A stretch of 64,000 nucleotides of DNA. It comes from Malacoraja senta. Lineage: Eukaryota. Both the position numbers and the translations under genes were made by a program. The notes under the pieces are model-generated. The model was not told where the DNA came from. It worked only from the letters and a program-made list of their open reading frames with translations, and did not search any database. The stretch covers positions 1 to 64,000 of the forward strand of contig JAXLNO010000487.1 of assembly GCA_038087875.1 (NCBI GenBank). Reading direction: 5' to 3'. Each line of letters begins with the position of its first letter. The first letter of the stretch is position 1. Below are positions 50,093 to 63,642 of the stretch, piece by piece.

Positions 50093-51717
50093 AATTTGGA
50101 CAGTTTTATATTCATGTATTTGGCACATGTCACTCAGTGGATGAAAATTGACGCAAAGCTGGAGTAAAAGGTTTCTGGTAGACTGCAGAAAATGATTTTT
50201 TTTTTAAATTTCTGCCTGCATTGGCTGGATTTAAGCCCAGATTTCAGAAGGGAAACACAAGTTTCAACAATTCACTGCAGAGGTGGTTCTGGACATGCCA
50301 GTCTTTTCTATTTTCTTGGGTAGTTTGTTATTCTTGGGTTCTTTACAAGCTTTCTTTGAGATTGGTTTCGCCTCGTTGCTTATCTCTATTCAGCAGATGT
50401 AGATGAGCATTTGTCTGGTCAGTTTTTTATGCACATAGTACAATCCTAGTACCACAGCTGTGCATTCTAATGTCTTTATTCCTGACCAGAATGAAGAAAA
50501 TTTGGTAAATCCCTTAAACATGGATGTGATTTATTCTCCACCAATTGTGTTTTGCTAAAGGAATCATCCTGCTTTATTGGGGGATGTTAATGTAGTTTCA
50601 GTCATGATTTCAAGGGGGTGCTTGATTTGGTGGATTGTTTAAATAAGCTGCTTAATATGTCTGATCATTAATCTTGCTCCACCTCCAGCTCATTGATTGA
50701 GTCAGTGATGTTAGTCGACATTGAATATTTTCACAGAGTGTAAATGCAAGAGTATAGAGCAGTCATACAGTGGAGTGTGGAGGCTGCTAAATTTGAGATT
50801 CTAGAGGGAACAGTTCGCAAAGACAGTGAATGGCCTGTTTCCTTGCCTTGGAATGAAGCACACCACTAAATCTGACGATCTGTGCATGGGGTGGGCTACA
50901 GAAGAAAAAATATGTTAAAATCTTTGAATCTCGTGCACTGGATCATGATTTTATTTTTAATTTTCAGAGGGGGGAAATGCTAATTGTTACCTTCACCGTG
51001 ACTGGGATAAAATTATGGTGTTAAAATTCCTTGGGCCATTTTTGTTTCTCATCTAATACTTCCCTTCACCTTAATGCATCCCTTAGCCTGTGCATTTTTA
51101 CTGAGCAGTGAAAGAATTGGATTCTAATGAAACATAATGAGGTCCATGGTTTTTTTTACACAGCTAGAAGCAATGTTCAAATTTACTCCGAGTCACAAAA
51201 GCAGAATTTTTATCAGGGAAGGCCACAGAGTGGATCATTGTGAAGGATGATGTCTAATTTGAATTGATAATACTGCAGAGCAGCTTGCGTGCACATATTG
51301 AGTTGGCTTTGTTAGCCTTTCAGATAGGTAGTGATTTTTAGCTCCACACTTCAGAAGTCTATCAGAATTTGGGGGGAAAAAGCAGTTTGAATAAAGTCAA
51401 CCTGTGCCTACAAAAGCTGAAGGTGCAGTCCTTGCAGATTACATACAGTTCATTAGTAATGTTTAATGTGGATGGATAATTTCTAATGAACCTGCTTTTC
51501 GTATTTTATATAGAGAAGGATCTTGGTACTCAGGAGATGGAATTCTTCCAGTTCCAAAGCCCAGTTAAAGCGCAAATCAGGCCTCTACTCACCTGATTAC
51601 ATGCTTTGCACACAAACCACATACTGAAACTGATAATACAGCAAATCCCAATCTGTAACGTTTATAAACTGATGGCTGGCTTGTGTTGGGGGACTGACTA
51701 TGTCTAGTGGGCATTTA

Positions 51718-52070
51718 CATAAAAACATAAAAAATAGGTGCAGAGGAGGCCATTTGGCCCTTCAAGCCTGCACCGCATTTATTGTGATCATGGCTGATCA
51801 TCCACAATCAGTAACCCATGCCTGCCTTCTCCCCTTATCCCTTGATTCTGCTAGCCCCTATAGCTCTATCTAACTCTCTTTTAAATTCTTCCAGTGAATT
51901 GGCCTCTACAGCCTTCTGTGGCAGAGAATTCCACAAATTCACAACTCTCTGGGTGAAAAAGTTTTTTCTCATCTCAGTTTTAGACTCATTCTTAGACTGT
52001 GGCCCCCTGGTTCTGGACTCCCCCATCATTGGGAACATTTTTCCTGCATCTATCTTGTCCAGCCCTTTTA
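51718..52070 (-). mobile_element. CR1 LINE 3' fragment
   Basis: 'MRKNFFTQRVVNLWNSLPQKAVEANSL'; near-identical to 41678-42180. Confidence 0.88.
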
Positions 52071-52459
52071 TAGACTGGTCTGTGGTTTGTGATAGATGTT
52101 TGGATACCAGTTGCTTGTCTACATTTACCCTAAGTGCTAGTATTTGATGATTGAACCGAGACCATCCGTAATAGACCTTTAGTGTCTGAGAAACGGAAGC
52201 ACCGACATCATTCTAAATTATGTATTTCGGCTTCATGTAAATAAGGTTGGGTGCTTGCAGCATCTTCCAGTTTACCCCATATCAGGCCTGGTTACCATGC
52301 AGTTGCTGAGGAGGTGTGGGCTGAGGAGAATGGAGTGTGGCTTGTGGGCTAGATGTCAATACAGGAGTATTCACACTCTACCAATCTCCAGAATCTTTCT
52401 TAGAATGAAACTCGTCTTCCCTCTTCTACATCATGGCTCAGTGAACACACACAATCGTT

Positions 52460-52760
52460 TTCGCAGGGTTGAGAACTCAAGAACAGGGGCATTGGTTTAA
52501 GGAGAGAAGGGAACAATTTAATAAGAACCGGAGGTACAACGTTTTCACACAGTGGTTGGTATGCATATGGGTGAAGCTGCCAGAGGAAATGGTTGAGGCA
52601 GGTGCCAACAATAACAATCGATAGACATTTGAACAGATAGAGGGATAGGAAAGGTTCAGAGGGATATTTGGTCAAACGCAGGCAAATTGTGCTTGGGCTA
52701 GATGACCATTTTGGTCGATATGGACAAGTTGGACCACAGGGCCTGTTTCTGTGCTCTGAC
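52460..52760 (+). mobile_element. CR1 LINE 3' fragment
   Basis: 'caagaacaggggcattggtttaagg...ttttcacacag...gctgccagagga...agggcctgtttctgtgct'. Confidence 0.75.
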
Positions 52761-53824
52761 AATGCTAACCCAAGTTCCATTATTTCTATGTCTTCCTTGC
52801 CTTTTCTGGTGGTATTTAAAAAAATGTATCAACCTAATGAAGGGTTGGATATTAATCTGACTTTGTTAGTTTGGTGACACGTTCTCTTAAAATGTGGTCT
52901 TAGTTGTGTCCATTACTTGCCCAGATGGGTCAGGCATGAAGCAGGTGGGAAGGGATAAAGCAGGCAGGGCCACCCTACAAATAATATCCCAAAACTGGTG
53001 TTTGATTAGACCTAATGAATGCAAACTCATGCCCCTCCATATCAATAATTTTAATTTCTTGTGTATTCTTTAGTGAGATCCAACTATGCCAGAATTTTGA
53101 ATTCTGAGCTGTTCCTGCTGTCCATGATTCACCCCTTGGTCCACCACCTGCATAACCTTTGGTAAGGTGGTTCATTGGACAGCAATCGGGGTTGGCATCC
53201 TGGCTTATGTTTCTTTTTCTTACTGCAGCTCAACAGTGCTGACCCTATCAGTTTCTGTTCAACATTAAGTTGATTAACTTTAACTCAGAAATATGTACTG
53301 GAAAGATAATACTGACTCGAGATAGAGCCTTTTAGCTTCATTATTCCATCCTTTTTAATCTGTCTTTTGAACTGCCATGGGCCTGTGAGATTTATCTTCT
53401 GCTTGGTTGGAATAATGTCTAGTTCTCTACGTTATCCAAACTTTCTCTGCTTCTGTATTATGTGTATTTGAGTGGTACTTGGTGAGAGCAAAAATAAAAT
53501 TTGCATTTTATGCATAATCATGAGTTTTGTCATTGTGATGCCAGGAAGCAGCAGATCAGCTTTTGAGCTGCTGAAGGAGATAGCTTTGTTTGATTTGGCC
53601 TGTGGGGCAGAGGTTTATAACAGCTATGAAGCTAACCCTACAGCACATTTCTCTACTCACTGGCAATGTAGTGCTACATGCACAGATGCCTTTTTCCTTC
53701 TTGTCAGTCTCTGAGGAGGTGCCGTGGGGATGGTAGAAATTTTTGACATTGCCAATCTGCATTTATGCAGAAATCTGCCGTATAATATTTTTAAATGTTA
53801 TTTTGTGAGACCATTATTGATAGT

Positions 53825-54965
53825 GTCGTACACACATACAGTACAGAAACAGGCCTATCTGTCCAACTTGTCCATGGTGACCAAGATTCTCATTCCACAC
53901 GAGAGGAGTATGTGCCTGCGTTTGGCCCATATTCCTCTAAACCTTTCCTATCCATTAACCTGTCCAGATGTCTTTTAAGTGTTGTTATCGCACCAACCTC
54001 AACTACATCCTCGCAGCTCATTCCATACACCCACCACCCTTTGTGCGAATAGGTGCCCCTCGGGTTCCTATTACATCTTTCTCCTCTCACTTTAAACCTA
54101 TGTCCTCTTCTGGGTAAAAGACTGTGCATTTACCCTATTTATTTCCCTCGTGATGTTATACACTGCTGTGAGATCACCTCAGCCTCCAAGGACTAAAGTC
54201 CTAGCCTGCCCTACCTATCCCTATAGCTTGGACCTTCATGTCCAGGCAACATCCTTATAAATCTTCTCTGCACCCTTTCCAGATAAACAGCATCCTTCCT
54301 ACTGCAGGGTATCCAAAACTGAACAGAGTACTCCAAATATGGCCCCAGCAATGTCTTGTTCAACTGCAACATAACATTTCGACTTCTATACTCAGTACCC
54401 TGACTGGTGAAGGCCAATATACCAAAAGCCGCCTTGACCACCCTAACTATTTGTGATACCAATATCAAGAAACTATGTACCTGCACTATCAAATGCCTTG
54501 CTCCACAACTCTTGCCATGGCCCTGCCATTCACTGTGAAGCTCTGCCCTGGTTTGAGCTTCCAAAATGCAACACTTTGTGCTTATCGGCATTGAATACCA
54601 TTAACTATTCCACAGTTCTCTTGCCCAACTAATCAAGATCCTGCTGTCGTTATTTAATAATAATCTTTGCTATCTATTAGTGTCATCTGCAAACTTACTA
54701 GTCTTTTACATTTTCATCCAGATTATTGATATAAACTCCAAACAGCAATGGGCCCAGCCCGGCACCAGTCTCTGAGGAAACGTTTAAGAAACATTTAGAC
54801 AGGTAAATGGATAGGATAGGTTTGGAAGAATATGGATCAAACGCAGGCAGGTGGGACTAGTGTAGAAGGGGAAGTTGGGCCGAAGGGCCTATTTCCACGC
54901 TCTGATTCCTTTGACTATCACAGGCCTCCAGTCTGAAAAACAACCTTCCACTATCACCCTACTGC
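53825..54965 (-). mobile_element. CR1 LINE fragment, with a short + strand CR1 tail nested at ~54780-54910
   Basis: Minus ORFs 'KAAFGILAF..EYRS..MLQL.KTL..PYLEYSVQFW.P..RKD...LERVQRRF'. Confidence 0.8.
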
Positions 54966-56099
54966 TTATTTCCATGAAGCCAATTCTCTATCCTAGGGAC
55001 GTCTGTGACTACCTACCAACCATTTCCCTATATACCTCCATACTTCTGATAATATATCAAACATAGATTTAATGCAATCTATACATCATTTGCCATATAT
55101 GGAAGGTTCCCAATTTCTCCCATATATAATCTGCTGAGGTGTTTCATAGTTTTTTATGTGTTGAAAAGTCTGACGTAATTTTTTGCCTGAAGAACTAGCT
55201 TTTATATCCTGTCTGATATCCTTTTGCAGTGAAGCAGGTGTTAAGTTAATATTTATTTTGTCTTTGTAATGGTTCTGCTAATGTTTAGACTTTGCTGAAG
55301 TGCGCCTCATTGTACATGATTCCAGCGGGCAGTCACCTGCCCGTGAAACACGCTCTTGATTGGAACCTGGTGTTGACAACTTTGTATAAACCACCTCTGA
55401 ACTGATCGAGGCCCAAAGTATATGCTGGGATCTGTCCATGGAATAGGTCTGACAGGTCTGATAGCCGAAACACTCAGCTTACCAGCTGTAAAAGCAATTG
55501 AATGCTTGATTCCCAAATATACAAAACTGTTAAAAATTCTTCAATTTGGAAAGTGAGAACTATAAACATCAGAAAACACTTAAACCAATTAAATGCAATA
55601 GTATTCATTCAAATAAATAAAGTAAGTGACCTACTGACTTTATGACTATGAATAAATTTATTGGCCAAGTATTCACATACAAGGAATTTGCCTTGGTGCT
55701 CCGCCCGCAAATGACAACATGACATACAGTGACAGTTAGGAATAACACATCAAACATTAATGTTAGGAATGACACATACTGCCCGTCCCTTCCCCAGCCG
55801 TTCCCCATTCAAGATGGGCTTGCTATCCTGTCAAATGTGCATCTGTTGGTTGAACAGTGGGTGGGTTTCAGTGTAAGTGCTGTGAAAGATGTGGGGTCTG
55901 CTCACTGCCCCTGAGCCCAGGAGGGATCCAGCGATGGGCAGAACCAAGAAATCCACAGCTGGGCAGCGTTTTATATTTGCACTTGAGTTCTGAATCTCTA
56001 CAGTAATGCACAGAAACTCCAGCATCTCTGCAGATGATTTAGTGTTATCTGTTTTCTAATATTGATTAGAAGAGCAACATTGACTGCTACAAGGGGAAC

Positions 56100-57260
56100 A
56101 CCTAGTAATGTTGACCTGTTTTTGTTACTAGTCTATTACCTGGCTTCACTGCAGTTCTGAGATAACCACCTTCAACACCCGTAATACTGAGTAAGCTCAT
56201 TCGTAAACTCCTGGACCTTGGCTTTAGGGGCTTCGCCAACAGACCTCAGTCAGTTAGAAATGGTCATAAAACTTCCACCTTCCTGACCCTCAACAGTGGT
56301 GCTCATCAGTCTGCAGTCCACTGAACGCCCATGGGTATGTGGTCCAATATAGCGTCAACTTGATCTTTAGGTTTGCCAATGATACTGTTGTTATCAGCCA
56401 GATCAACATAAATGGTGAGATCGAGTACAGGTAAGAGATTGGGAATCTTGTGTCCTGGTGTCCAAACAACATAGCCCTTAACATCAGCAAAATGAGTTGG
56501 TTATTGTCCGAAGGATGTTAGTGTGTAACCACATTCCTATCCTCATCAGGAGAGCTGCTGTATAGATGGTCGGCAGCTTCAGGTTCCTCGGGATCCATTT
56601 CACTAACAACCTAACTTGGTCCCTTCACACTGATGTAATGATCAAGAAAGCTCATCAGTCTATTTACTTGGGTGTGTTAGGCAAGTCACGAGGATTCTCT
56701 GAAACTTTCAGTGATGCGCCATAGAAAGAATTTGGTGTATCTCAGCTTGCTCTGTCAATTGCTCTGCTCTTGACTCCTTGAACATGCAGGGAGTGGTAAA
56801 CACAACCCAGACCCTGTCCTTAACAGGCTTGCCACTTCAATGCATCCAGTCCATCTTCATGGTTCTGATTTCACGCCAACCAGCGATCCCCATGCACTAG
56901 CATTGTCCTACACACTGGGGACAATTTGCGATCTTTACCAAAGTCAACTGACCTACAAATCTGGAGTGTGGGAGGAAGCCGGAGTTCCCGGAGCCAACCC
57001 ACACGGTCACAGGGAGAACGTACAAACTCCATACAGACAGCACCCATAGTCAGGATTGAACCCAGGTCTCTGGCGCTGTAAGGCAGCAAATCTACCGCTG
57101 TTCAACCGTGTGGTTAAAACTGGGAGGCTGAAGTATCGTCAAGCTGGCCATTTTCTTTTTTCTCTTTTACCTTCTGCGAAAACCTCCCAGATATCCAGAC
57201 ATGATGACAGCTTCTTCCCCACTGCCATTAGACTCTGGAACCAATCACCTCTTTCTTACC
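56100..57260 (+). mobile_element. Old Rex-Babar LINE fragment with a nested minus-strand V-SINE (~56860-57110)
   Basis: 'aggtttgccaatgatactgttg..agtacaggtaagagattg..ccttaacatcagcaaa..cagcttcaggttcctcggga..aagaaagctcatcag'; SINE V domain at 56950-57100. Confidence 0.72.
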
Positions 57261-58452
57261 CCATTCTCATAGGTGCTGCCACACACTTTCGCTCTTAACT
57301 CCGCCTAATTTGGTTATGCAGTTGGTGTTTGTGACCATAAACTAGTCTGAATCTGTGCTTTAAAATCACAGTTAAACTTGCATTATTGTGTCAGTGATCT
57401 TCCAGTTAAAATTGAGGACATGCAGGGGTAAGGAATGCTGTGGCATCTATCTGTCCGTCCGCATTTACACCCACTCACACTGACCGTGCTGAGTGGGCTG
57501 GAGCATTAATTCTAAGGCGGACCTCTTTTTTTAATATGTTGAAGCTTCCGAAAAAATATGCAAGTAAAATATTTTTTTGTGTTTTTTTTCTTATTCGGTT
57601 AGTGCCATTGCAACAAGTTGTATGGAACTTGAAATCCTTTCAGGCTGATTGTAAAGAATTTTATGTAATATTTATTGGCTTGTATACAAGTGTCTCTGAG
57701 ATGAGGTAAAATAAATGTTGGTAACGTTTGATGGAGATCGATGGATTGTTTTGAAAGAAAAAAGGATTATTCCCATCATTCCTGCTGTCAAATATGCTTG
57801 CATTTTTTTTTTGTATTCGGGATTGATATCTCCATGGAATTTGCTGAATTTGTTCTCACAATGTTATTAAAAAATCCGGCTGACTGATTTTATTACGGCA
57901 GAATTTCTGTTTCGCAGTGATCATCCTGTTGAGATACCAGCATTTTCAAAAACTTCATAAATAAAAATGATGGGTTTTCAGGAGTGCATGTCATATCCTC
58001 TTGTACTCCATTTTGTCAGATGTATTTTGTCTTAATTATCTGTGCCTCTTTGTTCTACATTTATTGTCTTTGAATGAGAATGTTTTCAGTTCATCCACGA
58101 AAACCAACATCTGTTTGAAATACAAATCTATGATGCCAAAAAATCCCTTTTAGTTGCCTGTATGCAAAGCCCAGAAAGGTCACGTATTATTATTATTATA
58201 GTAAAAGCAATTGAAGTTTAACCTGGTTGCAGTGACTGTCAAAGGCATGCATGATGGGGTTTTCAAACTGAGAGAAGAAATGCAAAGTATCTTGTTGTGA
58301 ACCAGTGTGCTATGTTTTTGCTCGTGTGTGAGGTAAATGTGCCCGTGGTTCTGGTCATAATTGTAGAGAATAAAAGTTTTAGGATTTGTGATGCAAACGT
58401 ATGTCCCAGATATTTAATAATGCCATTGCTGCTGGTTCCCTATCAATGAATG

Positions 58453-58588
58453 GTAGACAAAAGGCAAAGTTTCGGCCCGAAACGTTGCCAATTTCCTTCG
58501 CTCCATAGATATTGCTGCACCCGCTGAGTTTCTCCAGCACTTTTGTCTTCCTTCGATTTTCCAGCATCTGCAGTTCCTTCTTAAAATC
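58453..58588 (+). mobile_element. Short PLE-end element with 16-bp TSD
   Basis: TSD TCCCTATCAATGAATG at 58437-58452 and 58589-58604; a short inverted stub GTAGACAAAA precedes GTTTCGGCCCGAAACGTTGCC. Confidence 0.88.
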
Positions 58589-58789
58589 TCCCTATCAATG
58601 AATGTTGGGTTTGACTGTCAAGGGTCTCCATACAGAGTTGCTAATATGGACTGACACTTTCTGTGACTTTGCTTTGTCTCACTTCATTGCAAGCCATTTG
58701 TGTTTTCCTCTATTATCTGTCCTGGTTTCACTGGAGTGAAATGCAATACTGTCCTCGGGATTACTGTTCATATTGATTCTCGAGAGGTG

Positions 58790-59040
58790 AAAACCTCAGT
58801 TGCCATCTGTGTGGAATTTGCTCTTGCTGTGGCCATGTTTCTTTCCGCATCCTAAAGACACGCACGTTGCTTGGTACGTTAATTGGCACGAGTGTGTGGG
58901 TGAAGGGTAACATCTCAAGGGGGGGGGGTAGGTGAGTTGAGAATGTGGAGAGAATAAAATGGGGTCAGTGCGCATTGCAGTTTGATGGTTTACCATGGTC
59001 TCGGTGGGCTGAAGGTCCTCTTTCTGTGCTGAGTTACTCC
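58790..59040 (+). mobile_element. Degenerate V-SINE
   Basis: 'tctgtgtggaatttgc..tttctttccgcatcctaaagac..gttaattggc..tcggtgggctgaagg'. Confidence 0.6.
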
Positions 59041-59388
59041 ATGAAATCATTACATATAATATGCTTATTTTCAATAGAGTTCCCAATTTTTGCATGAGGT
59101 ATGGGCGAATAAGCAGGCTCAGACAGTGAGACAAGTTGTCTGACTGAGAGACATGAAAGGTGAGCCAAGGCTTGCCCCCACCACAAGCCAATTCAGCAGA
59201 TGCTGTTGAGTCCCTGATTAATTGTAGGGAACAGCTGCTGAATTCCTCTGACTCTCCCTCGCCCCGAGGCACTGAGTGTGCAGGTAACATCCTAGCTAGT
59301 GGTGAGATGGTTCATTTTGGGGAAAACAAACGTGAGAGTTTTGATCTATTATTATTCACAATAGAACGCAGAACATAGAATAGTACAG

Positions 59389-59864
59389 TAGATAGACACA
59401 AAAAGCTGGAGTAACTCAGGGGGTCAGACAGCATCTCTGGAGAAAAGGAAGAGATGCCGTTTCGGGTCGAGGCCGTTCTTCGGCCATGGTGGCGTGGTGG
59501 TAGAGTTGCTGCCTATCAGTGCTTGCAGTGCTAGGGACCCGGGTTCGATCCAGACTAAGGGTGCTGCCTGTTTGTACGTTCTCCCCGTTACTGCACAGGT
59601 TTTCTCCACGATCTTTGGTTTCCTCCCACACTCCAAAGACATCAAAGACATACAGGTATATAGGTTACTTGGCCTGGTGTATATGTAAAATTGTCCGTAG
59701 TGCGTGTAAGATGGAGTTAATGTGCGGGGATCGTTGGTCTGTGCAGACTCAGTGGGCTGAAGAACCTGTTTCCGTGCAGTTTCTCTTAAACGAAACTAAA
59801 CTGAATAACTCCAGCTTTTTGTGTCTATCTTTGGTTTAAACCTGCATCTGCAGTTCCTTCATAC
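59389..59864. mobile_element. Composite insertion: inverted PLE end + full V-SINE (+, ~59485-59803) + sense PLE terminus, bounded by a 16-bp TSD
   Basis: TSD ACATAGAATAGTACAG at 59373-59388 and 59865-59880, inside a CR1 tail. Confidence 0.85.
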
Positions 59865-60640
59865 ACATAGAATAGTACAGCACAACAACAGGCCCCTTGG
59901 CCCACAATGTCTGTGCGGAACATGATGCCAAGACCTACTCTTATCTGCCTACACATCCATATCCCTTAATTCCCTACACATCCATATGTCTATCCAAAAG
60001 TCTCTTCAATGCCACTATCGTATCTGCCTCAACCACCACCCCCGGCAGCACATTCCAGGCACTCGCCACCCTCTGCGTAAAAGACTTGTTCTGCACATCT
60101 CCTTTAAACTTTACCCTTCTCACCTTAAAGCTATACTCTTTCATATTAGATTTTTCCATTCTGGGAAGAAGGTGCTGACTCTCCATCTATGCCTCTAATA
60201 ATTTGATGTACTTCTATCAGATCTCCATGCAACCTCCGGCGTTGCACAGAAAACAATCCAAGTCTGTCCAACGGCTCCCTTTAGCTAATACCCCCTAATC
60301 CAGGCATAATTCTGGTAAACCTCCTCTGCCCCTTTCCAAAGTTTCCACATCCTTCCTGGTATGGGGTGACCAGAACTGCATGCAAAACTTCAAGTGTAGC
60401 CTAACCAAAGTCCTATAAAGCTGCATCATGACTTCCTGACTCTTATGCTCAATGCTCCGACCTTTGAAAGCAACTATGGCTTCTAGGAGTTTGGGACTTG
60501 CACCCTCAAGATCCCTCTGTACATCAATGCTGTTGAGGGTCATGCCATTAATTGTATATATTCCAGTACATTTGACCTCCCAAAGTGCAACACCTCATAT
60601 TTACTTGGATTATATTCCATCCGCCATTTCTGCCCCCATT
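59865..60640 (-). mobile_element. CR1 LINE 3' fragment (its tail extends left to ~59360 across the composite insertion)
   Basis: Minus ORFs 'SFTQRVASAWNVLPGVVVEA..LKRLLDRHM' and 'MMQLYRTLVRLHL.FC.QFWSPH.RKDV'. Confidence 0.85.
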
Positions 60641-60732
60641 GGAAAGCGTTTCAGCTGTGTAGCTGTCACAACATATACAGTGCCCTCCAAAATGTTTGGG
60701 ACAAAGACTCACCATTTATTTATTTGCCTCTG

Positions 60733-62331
60733 TAGCAATGTTACAAAATTTTGAGATTTTAAAAATCAAGTCTGCAATTTATCCCATCAGATAAAGCATA
60801 AAAAGAAGTTTGATTTGACACCCAATTCACTTTCATATCTTCAGTATTAAAAAAGGTATGGCCATTTTCATACTCGGAAATTAGCATCTTGTTCCCTATT
60901 GCTTTTCCATTGACTTAACACAAAAGCTGTGATCGAGGACAGTCAAAAGCCCATAACTTTCTTAAAAATTAAGAGAACTGAATGAAATTTTCAGTTATTA
61001 TGGATTGAAGCATTCTGAAACAAATATAAAACATCTTATTTGGATGACCTGAAATTAAAGCAGAAAATTAGTCAATTACCTAATTGTAGCTAATTACAAA
61101 ATTGACCGTTGTGACGGAAATAGTAATAAACACCCAGACTGCCTTGAAAATTCAAAAATGTGATATTCTCAAGATCAGAACTTTAATATTATTGTATTAT
61201 ATGCTGTAAGTCCGTAACAGACAGGTAAATAAATTACAATTTCTAGCAATAGACCAAGTCTTTATGGAGAAGATAAGTTGCTAGCTGGTACATTGGCATA
61301 TCATAATCAGTAGCATCATCATACTCCTCAGATTGTAACCAATAAGCAACTCGGTACACCTTCTTTTTTCCTCAACTTTTCAATTTTGACATTGTAAACT
61401 ACAAGTTTTTGCTCTTCAAACCACGCATGACATGCCTTTCTGCCCACTACTTTCCCATTAAGAATGTCCTGTAGATTCCATTTCTTAAGAAAAGGATAAT
61501 TTTTAGAAAAGGATAATTTAAGAAAAGGATAATAGCCTAAGTATCCAAATAACAAACTAATCCCATTCACACAGGAATTCACAATATAACATGATTTTTA
61601 AATCTCACTGTCATGAATTTATATGGCAGATGGAAGGAATTTAATGTTTAATTCCCATAAATTAATCCAGAAACATTCTCTCAAAATATAATCAAAAGTA
61701 TTGTTTTTTGCACAATACATGTGACTCAAACTGTTGTGAATATTCAGTTTAAAAATAATGATCATGGAGAGAGCATAAAACAAAATATAGACAATTTGGA
61801 CGGCTTATGACATGATTGTCCAAAAAAAAAGGGCATTTTAATCATCTTGCTTCTGGAACGCGATCGATTGGAACGTTGCATTTGCAATAAATTTGAACTC
61901 CATATCAGCAGGAAAAACACAGCCGGTTCGTATGGGGCCCAAATAACATTTTCGCAACGTAAAATTAGATTAAAGCCATCCCAAGAAGCAAGATTATATG
62001 TAAAATAAATGACTTACCCTTTGTTTTGTCCCGTTCTTGCAATCCGTCACGTTGTAGGCATTGAGGGCGTTCGAAGTCGCTTTTTATTTTAATCCAAATA
62101 TTAAATTGTCCAGCGATTTTTTATATTTTAAAAAAAATTATTTTTTTAAATACAGCGCGAACGGAAGTCCGATCGATTTTTCATCAGCAGCTAGCAGCCC
62201 GAGGAAGTCCGCCTCAGACAGGCAGTACAAAACGGCATTTTAATCCCGCCCCCCTCAAAGGCGCCAAAGTCGCGCACACGGCCAGCGGCAGAACTGCAGT
62301 GCCGCTGAAGGTAAGTATTGTAACATCGCTA
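60733..62331. mobile_element. Non-autonomous TIR DNA transposon (hAT-like ends, 7-bp TSD) nested in the left Tc1 TIR
   Basis: 14-bp TIR TAGCAATGTTACAA / TTGTAACATCGCTA (13/14); flanking GCCTCTG duplicated; the right Tc1 TIR shows the empty site TTTGCCTCTGTACTCC. Confidence 0.85.
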
Positions 62332-62642
62332 GCCTCTGTACTCCATAATTTGAGATTTGTAATTAAAAAAATCATGTGGTGAAAGTGCACATTGTCAGAT
62401 ATTATTAAATGGTATTTTTATACATTTTGGCTTCACCATGAAGAAATTACAGCTGTGTCTGTACATAGTCCCCCACCATTTCAGGACACCATAATGTTTG
62501 GGACACATGGCTTCACAGGTGTTTGTAATTGCTCAGGTGTGTATGAATGCCTTCTTAATACAGGTATAAGAGAGCTCTCAGCACCTAGTCTTTCCTCCAG
62601 TCTTTCCATCACCTTTGGAAACTTTTATTGCTGTTTATCAAC

Positions 62643-63642
62643 ATGAGGACCAAAGTTGTGCCAATGAAAGTCCAAGAAGTCATTATGAGACTGAGAAACA
62701 AGAATAAAACTGTTAGAGACATCTTACCAAAATCAATTGTTTGGAACATCATTCAGAAGAAAGAGTACTGGTGAGCTTACTAATCGCAATGAAACTTGTA
62801 GGCCAAGGAAGACCTCCACAGCTAATGACAGAGCAATTCTCTCTATAATAAAGAACAATCCCCAAACACCTGTCCGACAGATCAGAAACACTCTTCAGGA
62901 GTCAGGTGTGGATTTGTCAATGACCACTGCCCGTGGAATACAGAGGCTACACTGAAGATGCAAATCACTGGTTAGCCGTAAAAATAGGATGGCCAGGTTA
63001 CAGTTTGCCAAGAAGTACTTAAAAGAGCATCCATAGTTCTGGAAAAAGGTCTTGTGGACAGATGAGATGAAGATTAACTTATATCAGAGCGATGGCAAGA
63101 GCAAAGTATGGAGGAGAGAAGGAACTGCCCAAGATCCAAAGCATACCACCTCATCTGTGAAACACGGTGGTGGGGGTGTTATGGCCTGGGCATGTATGGC
63201 TGCTGAAGGCACTGGCTCACTTATCTTCATTGATGATACAATTGCTAATGGTAGTAGCATAATGAATTCTGAAGTGCATAGACACATCCTATCTGCTCAT
63301 GTTCAAACAAATGCCTCAAAACTCTTTGGCTGGCGGTTCATTCTACAGCAAGACAATGATCCCAAACATACTGCTAAAGCAACAAAGGAGTTTTTCAAAG
63401 CTAAAAAATGGTCAATTCGAGTGGCCAAGTCAATCACCCGATCTGAACCCAATTGAGCATGCCTTTTATATGCTGAAGAGAAAGCTGAAGGAACCTAGTC
63501 CCCAAAACAAGCATAAGCTAAAGATGGCTGCAATACAGGCCTGGCAGAGCATCACCAGAGAAGACACCCATAACTGGTAATGTCCATGAATCGCAGACTT
63601 CAAGCAGTCATTGCATGCAAAGGATATGCAAAAACATACTAA
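62643..63642 (+). pseudogene. Tc1 transposase pseudogene
   Basis: MRTKVVPMKVQEVIMRL...RPRKTS..DR...WTDEMKINL...VKHGGGGVMAWACM...QQDNDPKH...EWPSQSPDLNPIEH, with several frameshifts and stops. Confidence 0.93.
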
